DNA of 63,556 nt, taken from assembly GCA_012959665.1 (NCBI GenBank), contig DUCT01000222.1, positions 1 to 63,556 on the forward strand, read 5' to 3'. Of this stretch, positions 27,568 through 36,761 are shown in pieces. This stretch comes from Myxococcales bacterium (GTDB lineage: Bacteria > Myxococcota_A > UBA9160 > UBA4427). The translations under genes and the position numbers were made by a program. The number at the start of each line of letters is the position of its first letter. The stretch's first letter is position 1. The notes beneath the pieces were generated by a model. It searched no databases and was not told the DNA's origin. It worked only from the letters and a program-made list of their open reading frames with translations.

Positions 27568-29094
27568 TCAATCCGCAACCGCCAGACCGCTGGGCACGCG
27601 AAAAGGAATCTCCGAGCGGTCGGTGAGCACTCGCATATCCGTCAACGCGAATAGAAAATCCATCAGCCGATCGACTTCCTCGTCGGACAGTTCCACTGGA
27701 TCGACCTCGCTTTCCTCGATCAAGGCATCCACCAGGGGTGGGCTCTGCATCACGTGGTAATCGGTGGAAGTCTGGTCGGCGTCCAATGCCAGTCGGGCAT
27801 CAAACCCGTAGCCCTGCAGGCCTCCGGCCACATCGAGGTGGTGCACGACAGCTTTACGAAGATCGCTGTAGGCCCCTGCATGACCCCAGGGACCCGTAAC
27901 GGTCACATTGCGCAAGGACGGTGTTCGGAAAGCGAAGAGGTCTTCGTCCCTTCCCGTGACGCGATAGCGACCAAAATCCTCCTGACCCGAGATCCCATCC
28001 CCCTTGCCCGGCCCGATTTGCGGCATACCGACCGCATGAAATTCCTGATCGGTCTGAAGCGATCCACTGTGACAGCCCGCACAACCGGCGTCCCCGTAGA
28101 ACAGGCGCATACCCCTCTTCTGGTCTCGACTCAGCGCGCCCTTCTCGCCCCGGAGATAGCGGTCAAAGGCGCTTTGATCGCTTCGCCAGGTCGCGGCCTC
28201 GAAGGCTCCGATCGCGTTGGCGGCATCGACGTAGGTGACATCCTCGGCCCTCCGAACATGAGCGGGAAACGCCGCCTTGAAGAGTTCGACATACTCGGGG
28301 ATCTCGCGCAGGCGCCGGGCCAACAAGTCCCATACGCCCCCGGGTCCCGCCAGCGTTCCCGCATGGCCCGCCGCACCCACCGCATTTTCGTGGGGTTGAC
28401 CCGCCATCTCCAGGCCCGAGGTCACGGGGAAAAGAGCCTGGGCAGCAAGAATATTCTCGATGCACGGCGGTGTGGGGTCCACGTGACAGCCCACCGGCAT
28501 CTGGTCCCCAGCAGGACTGACAAAGCCCGAGGGCTCGGAAAAGTCGACGGCCAACCGACCGTCGTGAAACAGCGCGGTGAACTCCCGCGCCGCCAGGTTG
28601 TACACCGGCGGTGCGTTTCGCGGAACCCGACCCTCGACGTGGGCAAGCGCGCCTTCATTGCTGTCTCGAGCCGGCCCGAGGCCAAATCCGCCTTCGCCAA
28701 CCGGCAGCGCCAACCCATCGCCGGTCCCGGTCGTCGGGTGGTGGCACGTCGCGCAGGCAATGTTCCGATTGCCGCTGAGTACCTTGTCGAACATGAGTAG
28801 CCGGCCAAGTTCAACCTTCTCCTCGAATTGGGGTCCGGTCGGGTGAAAATCTGCATCGGTGAGCGCCTGGGGGAGTTCCACCCGTCGGCGAGAACCCGAG
28901 CCACGGTCACGGTCCGAGTCACTGTCCGCCTGGGCCGACTGCGCCACTCCCCCAACAATCGAAAAAATCACGCCAACGCCCAGAATCAAAACGTAAAAGG
29001 GTGTTGAATTGTCAATCCATTCTCGGCTCCGCGTCGTGAAGGCCATGCTGTTCTCTCCCGACGGTCGGTGGCGTCTCGGCTCAGTCCGAAACAT
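27568..29094 (-). CDS. Di-haem cytochrome c peroxidase / MauG-family protein
   Basis: 508 aa. Two CxxCH motifs (CATCHH, CAGCHS) in the usual CCP contexts (FDKVLSGNRNIACATCHHP; LFYGDAGCAGCHSG). N-terminal TM/signal segment. An alternative start is at Met17 (29046). Confidence 0.9.
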   Translation of the reverse strand: MFRTEPRRHRPSGENSMAFTTRSREWIDNSTPFYVLILGVGVIFSIVGGVAQSAQADSDSDRDRGSGSRRRVELPQALTDADFHPTGPQFEEKVELGRLLMFDKVLSGNRNIACATCHHPTTGTGDGLALPVGEGGFGLGPARDSNEGALAHVEGRVPRNAPPVYNLAAREFTALFHDGRLAVDFSEPSGFVSPAGDQMPVGCHVDPTPPCIENILAAQALFPVTSGLEMAGQPHENAVGAAGHAGTLAGPGGVWDLLARRLREIPEYVELFKAAFPAHVRRAEDVTYVDAANAIGAFEAATWRSDQSAFDRYLRGEKGALSRDQKRGMRLFYGDAGCAGCHSGSLQTDQEFHAVGMPQIGPGKGDGISGQEDFGRYRVTGRDEDLFAFRTPSLRNVTVTGPWGHAGAYSDLRKAVVHHLDVAGGLQGYGFDARLALDADQTSTDYHVMQSPPLVDALIEESEVDPVELSDEEVDRLMDFLFALTDMRVLTDRSEIPFRVPSGLAVAD

Positions 29095-29281
29095 CCTGCC
29101 GACCTACTCAGACCCCCAGCTACCACCGAGGCCTGCATGAAAGAGAGTCGGAATGAAGGCTGGAACCGGATCGCTGGCGTGCAAAACTCTGCTCAAGGCA
29201 CTGAGAGCAGAGCTCGGCCTACCGGGGAGGGGCTCACTGCGGGGGGCGGAAGGACCCCGAACCGAGTCTTTCCGGCTCAGA

Positions 29282-29941
29282 TCAGCGCTGGGCCCAGCCC
29301 AGGCGCGTCCGAATGTCGTCGCGCACCTGAATAAAGATGCCCTCGGCCTCGGCCAGTAAGCGGTCGCCATGCCACATCTGGCCCTCGGCGAAGACCTTGC
29401 GGCCTTCGGTGCCCGCGGACCGACCCCGCATTCGGATCTCCTCAAACAGGGGCGTGGGCTGGCTGTAGCGAACAGTCAAGGTTCCGGTCATCGCCCCCAG
29501 ATCATTTGCCACGTTCACCGCCCCCAACAACTCGTCCATGACCGCGGCAACCACGCCCCCGTGAACGTGGTTCGGCGGCCCGCAGTACTGGGCGCCAAAG
29601 CGACCGAGACCGTGGATCTCGTTCCCTTGCAGGGTGAACTCGATGGGGGGCGCAATGGGATTCCCCCTGCCGATCACGGGGCTGTATGGGAAGAGCTCCA
29701 TGGGGTCTTGAGTCCGCTCGAACTCGCCAAGTCCCCCCAGCAAATCGGCCTGGGCGTAGGGGCCCTTGTGGGTGTGCGGGGCAAGGACTTCCAGTGCCTG
29801 CTCCACCCGGGCCCGGGCTTGGGCCAGGGATTCCGGCGATGCGGTGCTCAAGCGCACAGCCTCGATCAACTTCCGGGTGGCATCGGACAGAGCGTGCTGC
29901 TCTGGGTTCTGGGTTCCTGCTCCATCCTCGCTGCCCTCCAT
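29282..29941 (-). CDS. PaaI-family hotdog-fold thioesterase
   Basis: GPPNHVHGGVVAAVMDELLGAV...GTLTVRYSQPTPL is typical of PaaI/4HBT thioesterases. Start placed at Met92 of the 310-aa ORF, because the upstream extension is Arg/Ser/Pro-rich and overlaps the divergent gene. Confidence 0.8.
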   Translation of the reverse strand: MEGSEDGAGTQNPEQHALSDATRKLIEAVRLSTASPESLAQARARVEQALEVLAPHTHKGPYAQADLLGGLGEFERTQDPMELFPYSPVIGRGNPIAPPIEFTLQGNEIHGLGRFGAQYCGPPNHVHGGVVAAVMDELLGAVNVANDLGAMTGTLTVRYSQPTPLFEEIRMRGRSAGTEGRKVFAEGQMWHGDRLLAEAEGIFIQVRDDIRTRLGWAQR

Positions 29942-30158
29942 CGAGCCCTCTCCTCCTGGAATCTTCCCCGCCGGGGTTGACCCGAAAGCCCGGACTGCAC
30001 CGGACCACATCGCGACCACATCGCGACCACGCATGAGAGCATCGGGACCAAGTCTTCGCAAGTGCGCCGCCCCGCGTGTTCTTGGCAATACACGCCTCGG
30101 CGCGCTATCGCATCGGGGCTCGGGCGACGATTCCGATCCCCCGAGCGAGGAGGAGCGC

Positions 30159-31028
30159 ATGACCAATCTACTCGGTGAACCGGCCCACGTAGGTCGTTTT
30201 TGCGGCAGCAACACCTACGACATCACACCCGAGGTGGTCGATTTCTACAGCCAGGCCCTGGATGATTCCCACGTCAATTACGCCCAGTGGGCCCCTCCCC
30301 TGCTCCATCACTCCGAGTGCTACTCCTTTGTCGGCGATTGGTATCTCAAGAACCTGTTTGGGAACCTCCACGCCCAACAGGACTGGGAGATGTTTTCCCC
30401 CATCCGGGTGGGGAGTCGCGTGCGTTCGGTCTCCACCATCACCGAGCGGTATCACAAACGCGGTCGACTCTACGTTGTGAACGAGACCGATCTCTTCGAC
30501 GAAGAGGATTCCCGCCTGCTGGTCCGTAGCCGTACCCACCAGTCTTTTCTACCCGAGGACAGCGGCACAAAAGAGAAGGACCAGTTCGTCGTCGATAAGG
30601 AGACAGCACAACGGAAGCAACCCCGCCCGCCCTTTCCCTCGGCGACCGGGCCCGACCTGGTCTCATTTCACAAGACCATCGACGAGCGGCGCTGCTGGAT
30701 GTTCTCGGGTCCCGAGGCCAATTACCACACGAGCCGCGAACAGGCCCTGAAACTCGGCTTTCCGAATATCGTGGTCCAGGGCATGATGTCGACGTGCTTC
30801 GTCTCCCAGGTAATGCACGAGAGCTTCGAGGAGGGATGGCTCTGCGGCGGAAAAATGTCGCTCAAACTGACCAACGTGCTTTGGGTGGATGAACAAGTGG
30901 TCACCCAGGGAAAAATCCGAGACGAGGAGCCCGAGGGCACGGCTACACGGGTCCATTGCGATGTCTGGGTCGAGAAAACCGACGGCACCCGGGTCGCCCT
31001 GGGAACCGCCAGCGCCCTGCGCCACTAA
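30159..31028 (+). CDS. MaoC-like (R)-specific enoyl-CoA hydratase, double hotdog
   Basis: ATG at 30159 preceded by GAGGAGG. MTNLLGEPAHVGRF..., and a C-terminal half with FPNIVVQGMMSTCFVSQVM, typical of MaoC dehydratases. The 420-aa track ORF is over-extended upstream. Confidence 0.85.
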   Translation: MTNLLGEPAHVGRFCGSNTYDITPEVVDFYSQALDDSHVNYAQWAPPLLHHSECYSFVGDWYLKNLFGNLHAQQDWEMFSPIRVGSRVRSVSTITERYHKRGRLYVVNETDLFDEEDSRLLVRSRTHQSFLPEDSGTKEKDQFVVDKETAQRKQPRPPFPSATGPDLVSFHKTIDERRCWMFSGPEANYHTSREQALKLGFPNIVVQGMMSTCFVSQVMHESFEEGWLCGGKMSLKLTNVLWVDEQVVTQGKIRDEEPEGTATRVHCDVWVEKTDGTRVALGTASALRH

Positions 31029-31063
31029 GCGTCTGGTTCGGGCCGGGCCTTCGCCACCGCCAA

Positions 31064-31135
31064 CACCTTAAGCGCCACCTTAAGCGCCACCTTAAGCGCC
31101 ACCTTCAGCGCCACCTTCAGCGCCACCTTCAACTC
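31064..31135. repeat. Tandem repeat, 6 x 12 bp (CACCTTAAGCGC / CACCTTCAGCGC)
   Basis: Three CACCTTAAGCGC units, two CACCTTCAGCGC units and one CACCTTCAACTC unit. They fill most of the gap between the convergent MaoC (stop 31028) and LLM (stop 31134-31136) genes. Confidence 0.92.
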
Positions 31136-32123
31136 AGGCTCCGACTCCAACGCCGCCAACACCAAGATGCGCCAGTCCCGGTCGGACCTCGCCGCAGAGC
31201 AGTTCCAGGTGGCGCTGGACGAGGTCGTCGGGCATCCCCGCAATGCTCAGCCAAAAATAGACTTCATGGGCCGGCAGGTCCTTCACCTGGGCGGCGACCC
31301 GGTCGATCAGCGCTCCGGGCGTCAGGACCTCAGTGGCCTGAAAGCCTTTTCCGGGCGCTGCCGGGTCGCGCAGCATCTCGGTGGTAATCGGTCGAATCGC
31401 CCGACCGGCGGCGGCCTCCCGGTAGGTGTTCAGTTGGTGCGCGATATGCGGCAGAAGCCGCTCCCGGGCGGATTCCGGATCATCGCTCACCACTGCGCCC
31501 ATCAGGCCGGCCATCCTTCCGCTTTCGGGATCGTGCCCCCCCTCGCGCAAGCCCGCGCGGTAGGGCTCGAGGGAAGCACGATTCAGGGTCAGCAAGCCCA
31601 CGCCCAAGCGCCCCGCTCGGGCAGCGCCCTGGGGCCCTTGGTAGCCGAGCCAGAGGGGGAGCGGCGCCTGCACGGGTGGCGGAGTCACCTCCCCACCGGC
31701 AAGCAACGCACGAATTTCCCGAATCCGCTGATCGGTCCGGGTGTAGCGGAGCTTGAGATCCGCCCCGTAGGCATCAAATTCCCGGGCGACATAACCCGCC
31801 CCGAGACCCAGATCCAGGCGCCCACCCGACAGGCAATCCACTACGGCCGCCTCCTCGGCGATCTGAAGCGCTGGACGAAGCGGCGCCAACAGGATCGCGG
31901 TTCCGATCCGCATACGCCGGGTGCGCGCCGCCACCGCCCCGGCAAAGGTCAGTGGCTGGGGGAGATAGCCGTCCTCGAAAAAGTGGTGTTCCGAGAGCCA
32001 GACCGAGTCCGCCCCAAGGCGCTCGGCCTCTTCGATCCACTCGAGGCTACGCGCATAGTGGTCCGCCCAGGGTCGGCGCCATGGGGCGGGATTGCGCAGA
32101 TCGAGATAGACACCCACCCGCAT
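31134..32123 (-). CDS. LLM-class (luciferase-like) oxidoreductase
   Basis: 329 aa. MRVGVYLDLRN...GADSVWLSEHHFFEDGYLPQPLTFAGAVAARTRRMRIGTAILLAPLR...LSGGRLDLGLGAGY. Confidence 0.9.
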   Translation of the reverse strand: MRVGVYLDLRNPAPWRRPWADHYARSLEWIEEAERLGADSVWLSEHHFFEDGYLPQPLTFAGAVAARTRRMRIGTAILLAPLRPALQIAEEAAVVDCLSGGRLDLGLGAGYVAREFDAYGADLKLRYTRTDQRIREIRALLAGGEVTPPPVQAPLPLWLGYQGPQGAARAGRLGVGLLTLNRASLEPYRAGLREGGHDPESGRMAGLMGAVVSDDPESARERLLPHIAHQLNTYREAAAGRAIRPITTEMLRDPAAPGKGFQATEVLTPGALIDRVAAQVKDLPAHEVYFWLSIAGMPDDLVQRHLELLCGEVRPGLAHLGVGGVGVGA

Positions 32124-32126
32124 GGG

Positions 32127-32549
32127 TCAGTACACACCGGCCGCTGTGTCCTCGAATTCCCAGAAGGCTCGCAAGGAGCCCAGTTCACCCGAGGCATTCA
32201 AGCGATAGACCATCACCAGTTCCGTGCGCGAGACCAGCGTCCCCAGCCGGGTGGTGATCGTCCCCACGTTGGCGCACTCGTCCCCGCACGCAAAGCTCTG
32301 TCGAATCTGGAAGCGCAGATCCGCGGAGGCAATCACTTTGTCGTAGAAGGCGGTAATGGCTTCAATGCCTTGATGTCCCTGGCCTTCGGGATCCAGCGGC
32401 GAAATGCCCACCGGATCCTGAATCACTCCATCGGCAGCCCAGAGCGCGAGCCAGCCCTCGCGGTTCTTGCTTTCCGCACACGTGATCGAGCGAATCGCCA
32501 TGTCCCGAGCGGGGTGAGAGCGTGCGTCTTGAAGGAACTTGATCGACAT
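32127..32549 (-). CDS. SnoaL/NTF2-like (ketosteroid-isomerase-like) protein
   Basis: 140 aa. REGWLALWAADGVIQDPVG...IEAITAFYDKV pattern of the SnoaL-like polyketide cyclase/NTF2 fold. Lies 3 nt upstream of the LLM gene. Confidence 0.8.
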   Translation of the reverse strand: MSIKFLQDARSHPARDMAIRSITCAESKNREGWLALWAADGVIQDPVGISPLDPEGQGHQGIEAITAFYDKVIASADLRFQIRQSFACGDECANVGTITTRLGTLVSRTELVMVYRLNASGELGSLRAFWEFEDTAAGVY

Positions 32550-32576
32550 AGAATTGGATTCTCCGGCCCTTCGCGT

Positions 32577-33794
32577 CTAGGGGAGGCAGACCTCGGGCAG
32601 CGGATGGCCATACAATGCCGCCGCATTTTCGTGGGTGATCATCCGGATCTCCTCTACGGGTAAATCGCCCAGAACATTTTCCATGACCGTTTGAGTATCG
32701 GGCCAGGTTCCGTCGCCGTGGGGATAGTCGGATTCAAATAGAATATTCTCGACACCAATGGCGTGGCGGGTCGAAATCGTCGAGGGGTCGTCGATCATGC
32801 AGAACCAGAAGTTTCGGCGGAGGACATCGCTGGGCGAGCACTTCTTGTCGGGCCAGTTCTGACCATATCCCGAACGTGACATCAGGTTGTCCAGGCGGTC
32901 GGCCAGCATGGCCACCCAGCCGATTCCGCCTTCGGACATGGCAATTTTAAGGTCGGGAAAACGCGCCGGCCAACCGCTCCACAGCCACTCGGAGCAGGAC
33001 GTCATCGCCACCTGGGCAAACAGTGTCCCGCCCAATTCCAGCATCGGTGCCCCGGGCGGCATATCGGGAAAACCCGAGGAGCCCACGTGCAGGTTGAGCA
33101 CTGTACCGGTTTCGGCGCAGGCTCGAATGATGGGTTCCCAGTACTCATCGAAGACCGGCGGCAAGCCCTGGCGATGGGGTTGCTCGGGAATCGTGACCGC
33201 CTTGAACCCCCGGGCCGCGTTGCGCCGAATCTCCTCAGCGCCCAACGCCGGATCGGTGACGTAGGTAATCCCCAGTGGCACGATGCGGTCGGGATACGGG
33301 GAATACCACTCCTCGAAGAGCCAATCGTTCCAAGCCCGAGTACAGGCCACGCCCAACTCCCGATCGTCGATCAGACTAAAGAGCGTGCCCCCAAAGCCCG
33401 TCACCCCGGACGGGAAATTCACCGAGGCCTGGATCCCGCCGATATCCATGTCCTTGATGCGGTCGTGAATCCGGTAACAACCGGGGCGAACCTCATCGAA
33501 GCGGGCGGGCTCTACCCGGTGATCTTCTTTTGGCCGACCCGCCACGCACATGAAGCCCACCTGGAAATAGGGCTGACCGTCCATCATCCAGATCTCGTGT
33601 CCCTCCTCGGTCTCCACCACCTTGGGACCACGTGCTTGCAGTCGCGCGGGAAGCCTGCCCTCGAAGGTTTCAGGAGGTTCCATCAGGTGATCGTCCACCG
33701 AAATCAGCGTGTACTTTGCTTTGCGGGGATCGGGATCCGGAAGCAGGGGCTGGGTCACCGGTCGCTTGATTCCGAGTTTGATTACATCGACCAT
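32577..33794 (-). CDS. Amidohydrolase-2 family metal-dependent hydrolase/decarboxylase
   Basis: 405 aa. LISVDDHLMEP (N-terminal metal ligands) and FESDYPHGDGTWPD (C-terminal Asp/His), typical of the ACMSD/LigW-like amidohydrolase_2 family. Confidence 0.9.
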   Translation of the reverse strand: MVDVIKLGIKRPVTQPLLPDPDPRKAKYTLISVDDHLMEPPETFEGRLPARLQARGPKVVETEEGHEIWMMDGQPYFQVGFMCVAGRPKEDHRVEPARFDEVRPGCYRIHDRIKDMDIGGIQASVNFPSGVTGFGGTLFSLIDDRELGVACTRAWNDWLFEEWYSPYPDRIVPLGITYVTDPALGAEEIRRNAARGFKAVTIPEQPHRQGLPPVFDEYWEPIIRACAETGTVLNLHVGSSGFPDMPPGAPMLELGGTLFAQVAMTSCSEWLWSGWPARFPDLKIAMSEGGIGWVAMLADRLDNLMSRSGYGQNWPDKKCSPSDVLRRNFWFCMIDDPSTISTRHAIGVENILFESDYPHGDGTWPDTQTVMENVLGDLPVEEIRMITHENAAALYGHPLPEVCLP

Positions 33795-33858
33795 GAACAG
33801 CTCCTTTTCAGTGAGGGGCGAAGCCTAGCCCAATCCCCCACCGACAAGCCGGGTGCTT

Positions 33859-34815
33859 CTAACTGAGTTTACTCGCACGATTCGCCGCTTCCTCGAGGTG
33901 CTTCGGGTCGACATTTCCCCCGGAGAGCAACACGCCGCAGCGCCCCTTTCCCTCGCGCAATGCCAGGGCAAGGGATGCGGCACCCGAAGGTTCCAGCACC
34001 AAGCGCAGGGCATGCAGTGCCCACGCCATGGCATCCAGCAACTCGTCGTCGGTGACCAATTCCACGCGGTGCACCCGCTTGCGAATCACCGGCCACGTCT
34101 GTTCTCCCGGGCGTCGCACCCGCAACCCATCGGCAATGGACATCGGCGGCGGAATCGTGCAGCGTTTGCCCGCCTGCAACGAGGCCCGAGTGTCCCCGGC
34201 GTCCTCGGGCTCACAACCGATGATTTCCGCGTCGGGGCAGAGGGCCGACACCACTACGGCGCACCCCGCCATCAGACCACCGCCGCTAATGGGGGCATAG
34301 AACCGATCGAGTTCCCCGGCATCCTCGATCAATTCCAGTGCACTGGTCCCCTGCCCCGCAGCGATTTCGACGTCGTCGTAGGGTTCGACCAGAGCCCAGC
34401 CCCGTTCGTGGGCCAATTGCCGAGCCCGGGCACTCCGTTCATCGCTGTCGGGCCCCACCACCACGACATCGGCTCCCGAGGCCTCGGTCCGGGCGCGTTT
34501 GATCTTGGGCGCATCATTGGGCATGACGACAACTGCGGGCAGATCGAAAAGCGCAGCGGCCCAGGCCACCGCTTGGGCGTGATTTCCAGACGAATGCGCA
34601 ACAACCCCGGGACAATCCTCAGCCAAGGTCGCGATCTTGTTGATTGCACCGCGAAGTTTGAATGCCCCAGTGGGTTGAAGGGATTCGGGCTTCAGCAGGA
34701 GTTCGCAATCTGCGTCACGCTCGTAACAAAGCAACGGCGTTCGAACCACGTGGGAAGCGATCCGGTCCGCGGCCATGCGAATCCGATCGAGGGTGAGATC
34801 CTCTAGCATCCCCAT
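33859..34815 (-). CDS. PLP-dependent threonine/serine dehydratase family protein
   Basis: 318 aa. PESLQPTGAFKLRGA (PLP lysine), HSSGNHAQAVAWAA, and the Gly-rich loop ISGGGLMAG. Confidence 0.9.
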   Translation of the reverse strand: MGMLEDLTLDRIRMAADRIASHVVRTPLLCYERDADCELLLKPESLQPTGAFKLRGAINKIATLAEDCPGVVAHSSGNHAQAVAWAAALFDLPAVVVMPNDAPKIKRARTEASGADVVVVGPDSDERSARARQLAHERGWALVEPYDDVEIAAGQGTSALELIEDAGELDRFYAPISGGGLMAGCAVVVSALCPDAEIIGCEPEDAGDTRASLQAGKRCTIPPPMSIADGLRVRRPGEQTWPVIRKRVHRVELVTDDELLDAMAWALHALRLVLEPSGAASLALALREGKGRCGVLLSGGNVDPKHLEEAANRASKLS

Positions 34816-34867
34816 GCGGCGGTCCTTTCGGCAGGTACGGACAAACGCGACGACTCGGTGCTCGTGA

Positions 34868-35728
34868 TCAGGCGGCCGAGAATATCCAAGCCGCTGAGTC
34901 CATCACGAGGCCTTCAGCCCCCTTATGAGGCTCGATGGCCTCGGCCACCGCCGCCCGCAAGCGGATGCGGAGGGCCTCGTCGGCTTCGCGCATGGCGGCC
35001 CCAGCGGGTCCCATTTGGAGTGAGAATTCGACCAACTGGGCATCCGTCATCCCCCGGCCGATGGTCAGCGGTACCTCGAGCGATTCGAATTCGACCTGTT
35101 CGAAACCCGCTCCGTTCAGGATTCCGCGGGTTCGCTCGGCATCGGCGAAAGCAAAAGGACCGGGTGAATGGGGATCCGTTGGCGGCGGCATTTCCACAAG
35201 CGAGGCCACCGCGGCTCCAGGAACCGCCATCCAAGGATTACTCCCGATCTCCTGCCAGCAGACGAAGGTCAACTGTCCCCCCGGAGCCAGCGCCCCGCGC
35301 AGGTTCGCAAAGGCGGCTTCGGGATCGTCGAAGAACATCACGCCAAAACGTGAAAAAATTCGGTCGTAGGCAGCCTCCTGCAGCCCGTGGACCTGCACAT
35401 CGGCGGCGGTGAATTGCAAATTCTTTAACTCCGCGCCGCGCACACGGGCCTCGGCCAACATCGGCTCGGAGAGATCGAGTCCGTCTACGTGTCCCTGCTC
35501 ACCCACGCGCTGGGCCAGTTCAAGGCTGGTCTGACCACACCCGCAACCCACATCGAGCACCCGCTGGCCTCGCTCGATCCGCGCCCTTTCCATCGCCGCA
35601 TGGCCGATGGGTTGGATCTGGCCATTGATCGCTTCGGCGAGCGCGACCCATTTGGGCCCGGCCACATCGTTCCAGTACTTGGCCTGCTGTGCGTTCGGTC
35701 CCTCATCTTGTGTCGATCCATCGGACAT
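34868..35728 (-). CDS. Class I SAM-dependent methyltransferase
   Basis: RVLDVGCGCGQTSLELA (motif I) and IFSRFGVMFFDDP. Start placed at Met13 (MSDGSTQ...). Confidence 0.85.
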   Translation of the reverse strand: MSDGSTQDEGPNAQQAKYWNDVAGPKWVALAEAINGQIQPIGHAAMERARIERGQRVLDVGCGCGQTSLELAQRVGEQGHVDGLDLSEPMLAEARVRGAELKNLQFTAADVQVHGLQEAAYDRIFSRFGVMFFDDPEAAFANLRGALAPGGQLTFVCWQEIGSNPWMAVPGAAVASLVEMPPPTDPHSPGPFAFADAERTRGILNGAGFEQVEFESLEVPLTIGRGMTDAQLVEFSLQMGPAGAAMREADEALRIRLRAAVAEAIEPHKGAEGLVMDSAAWIFSAA

Positions 35729-36032
35729 CGCGACTGCCTCCTCCCTTTGCATTCGAAGGTGCATAGCTTAGCCCGCCCGGACGACGCTCAACAGCGAACC
35801 AGCCTCGGATGGGGCTTCCCGGGCGACGCGCGCCTCCATAGAAATGCCAGCCACAAAAACCCCCAACCCGTCATGCGGGTGTGCGCATGCCTTTCCTCCC
35901 CCTGCGGGTCCGCACAAACCGTCGCAAAGATTGCCCGAGCGGACTGGATCGTCGCCCTGTAGAGGCCAGCGCGCCGCACCTGTCATACCCTCAGAGGGCT
36001 ACCGTCTCCCGCTCCGCCGAGGAAAAAAAGAA

Positions 36033-36752
36033 ATGGCGCTGCTCGACCCCCTGCTCGCACTCCAGGACCTCGATCTCCAAACGGATCGCCTGCGGGCCCA
36101 GCGCGAAGGCCTGCCCGAACGCGAAGCCCTCAAAGCATGCGCGGCCGAAATTGTCGCCAACGATCGCCTCCAGGCATCGACCCGAGAAAAGCGTGATGGG
36201 TTCGCCCGCAAGGAACGCGAAGTCGCGGGCGAAGTTTCCGGAGTCGCCGCAAGTGCTCAGGATGTCGAGGCTCGCCTCTACTCGGGCGAAGTAACAGCGG
36301 CCAAGGAACTCGAATCCCTCCAGATGGAACTCCGCCTGACCCGGTCCAAGCAGGAAAATTTCGAGGAGCGCGAACTTGAGATCATGGAGGAGATCGAAGC
36401 CCAGGATGGCGAACTCGAGCGCCTGGCGGCACTGCATGCCGGCGCCGAGAAGCGGGGCGAAGATCTACGCGCGGCCATCCGCGCCGGCGAGCAGAGAATT
36501 GACGCGGCACTGAAAGCGCTGAGCGACCAGCGTGCCGAACCCATTTCGAGCCTGGCGGAAACTCTGGTCGAGACCTACGAGGCCCTGCGCGAAAAACCCA
36601 AACTCGCCGGAAAAGCCGCCGTGTCCCTCCGGGACGGACTCTGTCAGGGGTGCCGGGTCAGCCTACCCCGGGTCGATCTCAGCCGTATGTTGGCGGAACC
36701 CGAGAATGCACTGATCCAGTGCTCCCACTGCACGCGCCTGCTCGTGCGCTGA
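36033..36752 (+). CDS. Coiled-coil protein with C-terminal C4 zinc ribbon (COG1579-like)
   Basis: ATG at 36033 after an A-rich/GGA stretch. MALLDPLLALQDLDLQTDRLRAQ..., long heptad-like region, and C-terminal CQGCRVSLP...IQCSHCTRLL. Confidence 0.8.
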   Translation: MALLDPLLALQDLDLQTDRLRAQREGLPEREALKACAAEIVANDRLQASTREKRDGFARKEREVAGEVSGVAASAQDVEARLYSGEVTAAKELESLQMELRLTRSKQENFEERELEIMEEIEAQDGELERLAALHAGAEKRGEDLRAAIRAGEQRIDAALKALSDQRAEPISSLAETLVETYEALREKPKLAGKAAVSLRDGLCQGCRVSLPRVDLSRMLAEPENALIQCSHCTRLLVR

Positions 36753-36761
36753 AGCCCGGCG

